Positions 27,120-32,000 of a DNA stretch of 32,000 bases are shown piece by piece. Positions within the stretch are counted from its first letter, which is position 1. The number at the start of each line of letters is the position of its first letter. A program made the translations under genes and the position numbers. The notes beneath the pieces are model-generated. The model was given only the letters and a program-made list of their open reading frames with translations. It was not told where the DNA came from and did no database searches. Origin of the DNA: Candidatus Altimarinota bacterium (GTDB lineage: Bacteria; Patescibacteriota; Gracilibacteria; UBA1369); the NCBI GenBank assembly GCA_041659405.1, contig JBAZYK010000011.1, positions 1 through 32,000 on the forward strand. The letters run 5' to 3'.

Positions 27120-27208
27120 AGAAAAAGTGCCTTAAGCTAGCCATAAAACCGCATACGCTACTGCCACCACTGGAAACATTAACCTTGATTGAAAATTCCG
27201 CAGTGCGC

Positions 27209-27922
27209 TTAGCGAAGCACGGTCACTATACTTTTATCGGGACACTCCTTCAAGAGTTCTTGCATCGATTTTTTCAAAACCGGATGAACAAAATCCGGCG
27301 CGATTTCCGTCATCGGAATCAACACAAATTTCCGCTCCTGCAACCGAGGATGAGGAATGATGAGAGACGCAGCCTGATCGCGAACATCACGGGCGTGAGC
27401 GACCTGGTCACACGCATCATTGGCAAACCCAACTTTTTCTGTCGTAACATGGATTTCCGGACCAGTCCGGATTTTTTTTTCAAAATCGTAAACCAAATCC
27501 CCAAAAAACAAAATATCCAGGTCAATTGTGCGTGGTTGAAAGCGAGGTTGTGCACCACTACGCTGACCTGAAGATTTCACTCCTCCAGACTGCAGTTCCG
27601 ATTGCGCTTCGCGGCCCTGTCTCCCCGCTCGCGCCTCCCCTCGCTCCCTTCCCAGAGCCCTTTCTATCGCATGAATCACCATCAACAAATCTTCCGGACT
27701 GCGCTCCGTTTCGACCTCAATCACCATATTCAAAAACCCAGGCTGCGCTTTTCCAGCAGCATCTTTCAAAATTTCACCACGCTCGCCCACCGCTTCAGCT
27801 TCATAAATTGAAGACGTTCTCAAAACAGAAACGCCCCACTTTTCCAGACTTTCCAAAGCCCTTTGCAAAAAATCCCCACGATCCCCCAAATTAGACCCCA
27901 AACTTAAAAAAATATTTCTCAT
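27209..27922 (-). CDS. folK: 2-amino-4-hydroxy-6-hydroxymethyldihydropteridine pyrophosphokinase
   Basis: MRNIFLSLGSNLGDRGDFLQRAL, AQPGFLNMVIEVETERSPEDLLMVIHAIERALGRER, PRTIDLDILFFGDLV, IPHPRLQERKFVLIPMTEIAPDFVHP. Confidence 0.96.
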   Translation of the reverse strand: MRNIFLSLGSNLGDRGDFLQRALESLEKWGVSVLRTSSIYEAEAVGERGEILKDAAGKAQPGFLNMVIEVETERSPEDLLMVIHAIERALGRERGEARAGRQGREAQSELQSGGVKSSGQRSGAQPRFQPRTIDLDILFFGDLVYDFEKKIRTGPEIHVTTEKVGFANDACDQVAHARDVRDQAASLIIPHPRLQERKFVLIPMTEIAPDFVHPVLKKSMQELLKECPDKSIVTVLR

Positions 27923-28608
27923 CTATTAAAAATGTGTGACACGTCAAAATTAGCAAGTGCTATCTTAACATTAATTCCCGAAAACTGTGGATTTTTTGCT
28001 ATAACTTCTTGCAACAAGGACATTCTTGCTTGAAAAGAGCTCTTTTGAACTTCCTCATAACCTTCACGTAAAAATCCAACAGAACAAGCAACATTTTGCC
28101 GGCCGGGCAATGCCATACTGCCGGAATATAACAATTTACGGATGGCTCTCCCCACTTTTTCTAAAATCTCAAAAAAGAGAACGACATCTGCTGACTCAAC
28201 AGAAACGCCAATCCCCTCCCGAGGATTAAATTCTATAGGCCTTTTATGACGCATAACATGAACTGCCTGCAAAACTTCCCACGCCTTTTCAGTCAATGCT
28301 TCCAACCCGGAAATATCTTTTGCACTTGCGATTTGATCTTCTGTAACTAATATTTCAGGAAAATCCAATTGCTCAACTACTTCCGGAAAATTACCAAAAT
28401 ATTCAAGCAACAACGCATCTCTTTTTTTAAAGAAATCAGCACCCTCAGCAAAACATGCCTCCAAATCTGAAAATTCTGCGTCATAACTTTTTGCGTCCTG
28501 CAAATAGCGCATTCCCAACTGACGAACTTGTTCAAAATCATCTACTTTAGACTGACCAGACACAACAACCGCATCAGATAAATCGCTTCTTAAAGCCAAA
28601 TCCCCCAT
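27919..28608 (-). CDS. Hypothetical protein, ATGA-overlapping folK
   Basis: 229-aa ORF in a compact minus-strand operon; no recognisable family. Confidence 0.65.
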   Translation of the reverse strand: MGDLALRSDLSDAVVVSGQSKVDDFEQVRQLGMRYLQDAKSYDAEFSDLEACFAEGADFFKKRDALLLEYFGNFPEVVEQLDFPEILVTEDQIASAKDISGLEALTEKAWEVLQAVHVMRHKRPIEFNPREGIGVSVESADVVLFFEILEKVGRAIRKLLYSGSMALPGRQNVACSVGFLREGYEEVQKSSFQARMSLLQEVIAKNPQFSGINVKIALANFDVSHIFNR

Positions 28609-28668
28609 TTTAATTTACAAAACAAAGTAAGGGAAATAACCTAACTCAAAATCTGCCAAAAATCAACT

Positions 28669-29124
28669 TTATTCTCCCTTATACGCCACAAACGAGTTCG
28701 GAGTTTCCCACAATTTAAGTTCATGCAGACGTAATTCCTTATCAAATTCCGATTTAATCAAATCCCCTTCCTGATCAGATTTTTTTAACAATTTTTTAAT
28801 CTCCGAACCCAAATTAGGGTCAGAAAGCTCCACTTTCAACAAATTTTGCAGATCTTTGATCTGATCCCACATCCACATAACCATGCGCTCAGCAGAAGGA
28901 TTTTCGATCACGTCGTTAATGAGCTGATGATCCAGTTTATCCAAAATCTGACGCTTCACAATGCGCTTCACCAAAACAAAATCAATCACCAAACCATTTT
29001 CCTGGACCTTGCCTTCAAGCGTTACCTGCAACCGATAAGTGTGGCCATGCACGCGCTCGCACTTGCCATAATAATTGGTAAGAAAATGAGCGGAATCAAA
29101 TGTAAATTCGCGAGTTACGAGCAT
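28669..29124 (-). CDS. 6-pyruvoyl tetrahydropterin synthase / QueD family protein
   Basis: FTFDSAHFLTNYYGKCERVHGHTYRLQVTLEG, GLVIDFVLVKRIVKRQILDKLDHQLIND, NPSAERMVMWMW. Confidence 0.93.
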   Translation of the reverse strand: MLVTREFTFDSAHFLTNYYGKCERVHGHTYRLQVTLEGKVQENGLVIDFVLVKRIVKRQILDKLDHQLINDVIENPSAERMVMWMWDQIKDLQNLLKVELSDPNLGSEIKKLLKKSDQEGDLIKSEFDKELRLHELKLWETPNSFVAYKGE

Positions 29125-29302
29125 AAAATCAATTATGAATTATAAATTTTGAACCAAGGAGGACGAAAATGCAATTAAGATTGCAAGGAACAAGAGTTTG
29201 CTTCAGTTTTTTGCCATGGCCCAAAACATTCGCTGCGGACAGAAGCAACTCACTTATACCAAATCGGCACTTGCTACGTCAACGAAGTATTTCAAAATAT
29301 AC

Positions 29303-29318
29303 GCTTCGGCGCCGAAGC
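29303..29318. repeat. 16-bp perfect palindrome GCTTCGGCGCCGAAGC
   Basis: Direct reading; part of a repeat-rich 354-bp intergenic region. Confidence 0.85.
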
Positions 29319-29478
29319 CCTAAAAAATGGCTTGTACAAGCAGCATGTTTGCGTTAAGAGAGAATTCGTGTCCTATTCGTGACTTCGTTGACGAAGCCCT
29401 TCATTTTGGCTTACCTTTGCGGACACTTTGACACGCAGTTAAAATTATTCCCGTTTCACAAACTCAAAAACCCGGTTT

Positions 29479-30531
29479 TCAATTTTCTCCAACCTTCGCC
29501 AGCATATCCACAAATCGACGAGTTTCTTTTACATCATGAACCCGCAAAATTGACGCACCATTTTGCATGGCAATAGCCGCACAAGCCAAACTTCCCTCAA
29601 GGCGATCCTGAACAGCTCCACCGATAAAACCTTTACGAGAAGCCCCAATCAAAATCGGCAAACCCTTCAAAACCTTGTCAGTCCCAAATTCCCGCAACCG
29701 CCTCAAAATCTCCAGACTATATTTTGGATCCGTGCTTACAAAAGCCCCCATTCCGGGATCAACAATAAATCGTCCCCGCGCGATCCCCTGTCCAACACCA
29801 GCCGAAATCCGCTCCGCCAAAAACTTTCGCACAGTGGCAATAACATCATCATACTGCACATTTTCACGAGTCGTCCGCGCAGTTGGATCTTTTGAATACA
29901 TAATGATAACCGGCACATTTGGATATTTCGCCAGCACTGAAGCCATATCCACATCCCCACGCAACGCCGTAACATCGTTGATAATATCCGCACCAGCTTC
30001 AATTGCCTGCCGAGCCACTTCCGCTTTATAAGTATCCACCGAAATAAAAACCTCCCTATAATCATCAAAACTGATTGCCTTTTTAAAATCCAGAATAGCT
30101 TGATCATGAGCTTTTTTGTGGTTTCCCGCCTTCCCGGGAAGGAATTCATTGCGAACTTTTGTGCGCATAAGCTGCATCGCCTCCAACTCCTGCTTTAATT
30201 TTCGCACCACCGGAATCACTCGCACCAACTCCTCTTCCAAACTGACATCTTTTGAACCGGGACCGGAAGATTCACCGCCAATATCAATGATTTCCGCGCC
30301 ATCTGAAGCCATTTGCAAAGCACGCGCAACCGCCGCATCAACATCGACCTTTCCACCTTCATTCACCGCCACCTCATCCACTTTTGCGTGACCACCCACC
30401 ACGCCACCCGCCTTCACAAACTTCCCTCCATCACTAAACGAATCCGGAGTCACATTTAAAATCCCCATGACCAATGGCTTGCTAAAATCCTTCCCTTGCC
30501 CCCTCAATCTTAAAAACTCAAAAAAATTCAT
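29479..30531 (-). CDS. folP: Dihydropteroate synthase with atypical insertions
   Basis: VMGILNVTPDSFSDGGKF, GAEIIDIGGESSGPGS, VFISVDTYKAEVARQAIEAGADIINDVTAL, FIVDPGMGAF, LPILIGASRKGFIGG, ILRVHDVKETRRFVDM. Confidence 0.93.
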   Translation of the reverse strand: MNFFEFLRLRGQGKDFSKPLVMGILNVTPDSFSDGGKFVKAGGVVGGHAKVDEVAVNEGGKVDVDAAVARALQMASDGAEIIDIGGESSGPGSKDVSLEEELVRVIPVVRKLKQELEAMQLMRTKVRNEFLPGKAGNHKKAHDQAILDFKKAISFDDYREVFISVDTYKAEVARQAIEAGADIINDVTALRGDVDMASVLAKYPNVPVIIMYSKDPTARTTRENVQYDDVIATVRKFLAERISAGVGQGIARGRFIVDPGMGAFVSTDPKYSLEILRRLREFGTDKVLKGLPILIGASRKGFIGGAVQDRLEGSLACAAIAMQNGASILRVHDVKETRRFVDMLAKVGEN

Positions 30532-30554
30532 TATTATTTATGGAAATCAAAACA

Positions 30555-30986
30555 TCATCCCTTTGCGAGCACTCTTCTGATCCACGCCGCCGCCTCAGCT
30601 GCTAGTCTATCCACTTTCGCAGCCTGCGCCGCAACTTCATCCGCACTCAACGTAGCTTTCACATTTGAAGGTTCTGAAGGAAATGGAACTTCTCCAAGTT
30701 TTATCGCAGCTGGATCATGAACAATCAAGTGTTCACCTAAAGCATCATCAAGAGAAAACCCAAACAATCTTTGAGCATCACCAACCTCATCCGACGTAAA
30801 AGTATATGAATCCCTATCGCCTTCCCAATCATCAACATAATCCTTTGCAGGACAACCGGGCCCTTCCCCATCCCACAAATCCCCACTCACATCTCTAACA
30901 AAAGAATCCCCATCTCTACCCCTACCAAGACTTTCAACGTCCATATCAACAATTTCATTTGGATCAACAACCTTATTTACACTCAT
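30555..30986 (-). CDS. Hypothetical acidic protein overlapping the pabC-like start/stop junction
   Basis: 143-aa ORF between folP and the aminotransferase gene, overlapping the latter by 14 bp. Confidence 0.55.
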   Translation of the reverse strand: MSVNKVVDPNEIVDMDVESLGRGRDGDSFVRDVSGDLWDGEGPGCPAKDYVDDWEGDRDSYTFTSDEVGDAQRLFGFSLDDALGEHLIVHDPAAIKLGEVPFPSEPSNVKATLSADEVAAQAAKVDRLAAEAAAWIRRVLAKG

Positions 30987-31830
30987 TGCGATGAAAATTT
31001 AACAAATTCAGAGTAACTGCACCCGGCCTCCCGTTGCCAATTTTCCTTCCATCAATTTTAACCACCGGAATTATACCACGCGGCGCATTGGTTATAAAGA
31101 CCTCATCAGCCGCATACAAATCCTTCAATTTAAAATCCGCCAACAAAGCCTTTATTCCATTTTTTTTGGCGATCTTCATTAAAAAATCACGCGTTGTTCC
31201 GGCCAAAACATTTTTCTTTGGCGAGAGCAAAACGCCATTTTCCACCATGAAAATATTTGTAATTGTTCCTTCCAAAACATAATCGGCGGCATCCACAAAC
31301 ACAGCCTCGTAAACTTTTTTTTGTTGAGCAAGACGCGATCCCATAACCATTGGCAACAAACTAATCGACTTCACCTCGGGCAAATATCGCTGAGCTTTAA
31401 AAGTCACCACCGCCACGCCTTTTTCATAAAACTTTTCCGGTTGAGGCACCAATCTCTGCACCTGAACAAAAATCGTTGGCTTTTCCCCGGGCCCAAAATC
31501 AAATCCATTTTCTCCACGGGTAACGGTAATACGAATACGCGCTTCAGAATCCGCTTCAGCCTTTTCCGATTCACGACCATTTCCAAATCCATTCAATTGC
31601 ACAGTCTTTTCAACCCACTCTCCAATTTGTTTAAAACTCCACGGCAAACGAATTCCCACCAATTTACAGGATTTCCCCAGACGCTTTAAATGCTCATCTA
31701 TCTGCCAAATTCGACCATCATAAGTTCGCAAAGTTTCATAAACGCCGTCTCCATACAAAAAACCATTATCAAAAACGGACACTTTTGCCTGCGCCGCCTT
31801 CAAAAACTTACCATTCAAAAAGACAATCAT
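30973..31830 (-). CDS. Class IV aminotransferase, likely 4-amino-4-deoxychorismate lyase (or branched-chain aminotransferase-like)
   Basis: VFDNGFLYGDGVYETLRTYDGRIW, LYKNVFVDAADYVLEGTITNIFMVENG-type core (here KVYEAVFVDAADYVLEGTITNIFMVENGVLLSPKKNVLAGTTRDFLM), DEVFITNAPRGIIPVVKIDGRKIG. Confidence 0.85.
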   Translation of the reverse strand: MIVFLNGKFLKAAQAKVSVFDNGFLYGDGVYETLRTYDGRIWQIDEHLKRLGKSCKLVGIRLPWSFKQIGEWVEKTVQLNGFGNGRESEKAEADSEARIRITVTRGENGFDFGPGEKPTIFVQVQRLVPQPEKFYEKGVAVVTFKAQRYLPEVKSISLLPMVMGSRLAQQKKVYEAVFVDAADYVLEGTITNIFMVENGVLLSPKKNVLAGTTRDFLMKIAKKNGIKALLADFKLKDLYAADEVFITNAPRGIIPVVKIDGRKIGNGRPGAVTLNLLNFHRNECK

Positions 31831-31882
31831 TCCAAAACTTTAAATCCGCATCCATTCTACAACAACCAATCGCAAAAGAAAT

Positions 31883-32000
31883 GCTATTCTTCTTCGGCTT
31901 CTCCCGCTTCCACAGATATATCAAATCCACCAATAGCTGGAGATGCAATCGGAGTAAAAAATTCCGCACTAACTCCCGCAAAACCAGCAAAAGTCAGCAA
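31883..32000 (-). CDS. Partial ORF (C-terminal end only), runs off the window edge
   Basis: Reverse complement reads ...LLTFAGFAGVSAEFFTPIASPAIGGFDISVEAGEAEEE-stop; no family identifiable. Confidence 0.3.

Noticed and set aside
31808-31990. 60-aa minus-strand ORF at the right edge
   Set aside because: Overlaps the pabC-like start region and conflicts with the open frame ending at 31883; composition looks non-coding.

Overview
This 32 kb window is gene-dense and mostly housekeeping. Short intergenic gaps, ATGA start/stop overlaps and small lineage-specific proteins suggest a compact bacterial genome, possibly of the candidate-phyla (CPR/Peregrinibacteria) type; that placement is inference. 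From left to right it contains: a partial ORF that may be a transposase N-terminus; tRNA-Arg(GCG); a Fic-family protein behind an 11-bp-phased CATGTTAA iteron array; Smr-domain and alanine dehydrogenase genes; rpe, rpiB and prs; an HNH protein; a three-gene glycolipid cassette (GT28-like, YbhN/AglD-like membrane protein, GT4); an LPSTG-anchored DUF3494 ice-binding-like surface protein next to an SLH-sortase fusion; a HAD phosphatase; and phosphoketolase. These are followed by both halves of a split transketolase flanking a full-length transketolase, a DUF3800 protein, a DUF192 lipoprotein, and a folate-related cluster (folK, a PTPS/QueD homolog, folP with an unusual insertion, a pabC-like gene) interleaved with unknown ORFs. 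No CRISPR array or classical defence island is visible. The strongest undescribed-looking candidates are: (1) a putative small structured RNA at about 24589-24695 with a near-consensus promoter and a 15-bp closing stem; (2) the SLH-sortase fusion paired with its likely LPXTG ice-binding-like substrate; (3) the Fic iteron array that overlaps the Fic start codon. All functional calls come from motif recognition alone; no database searches were run.
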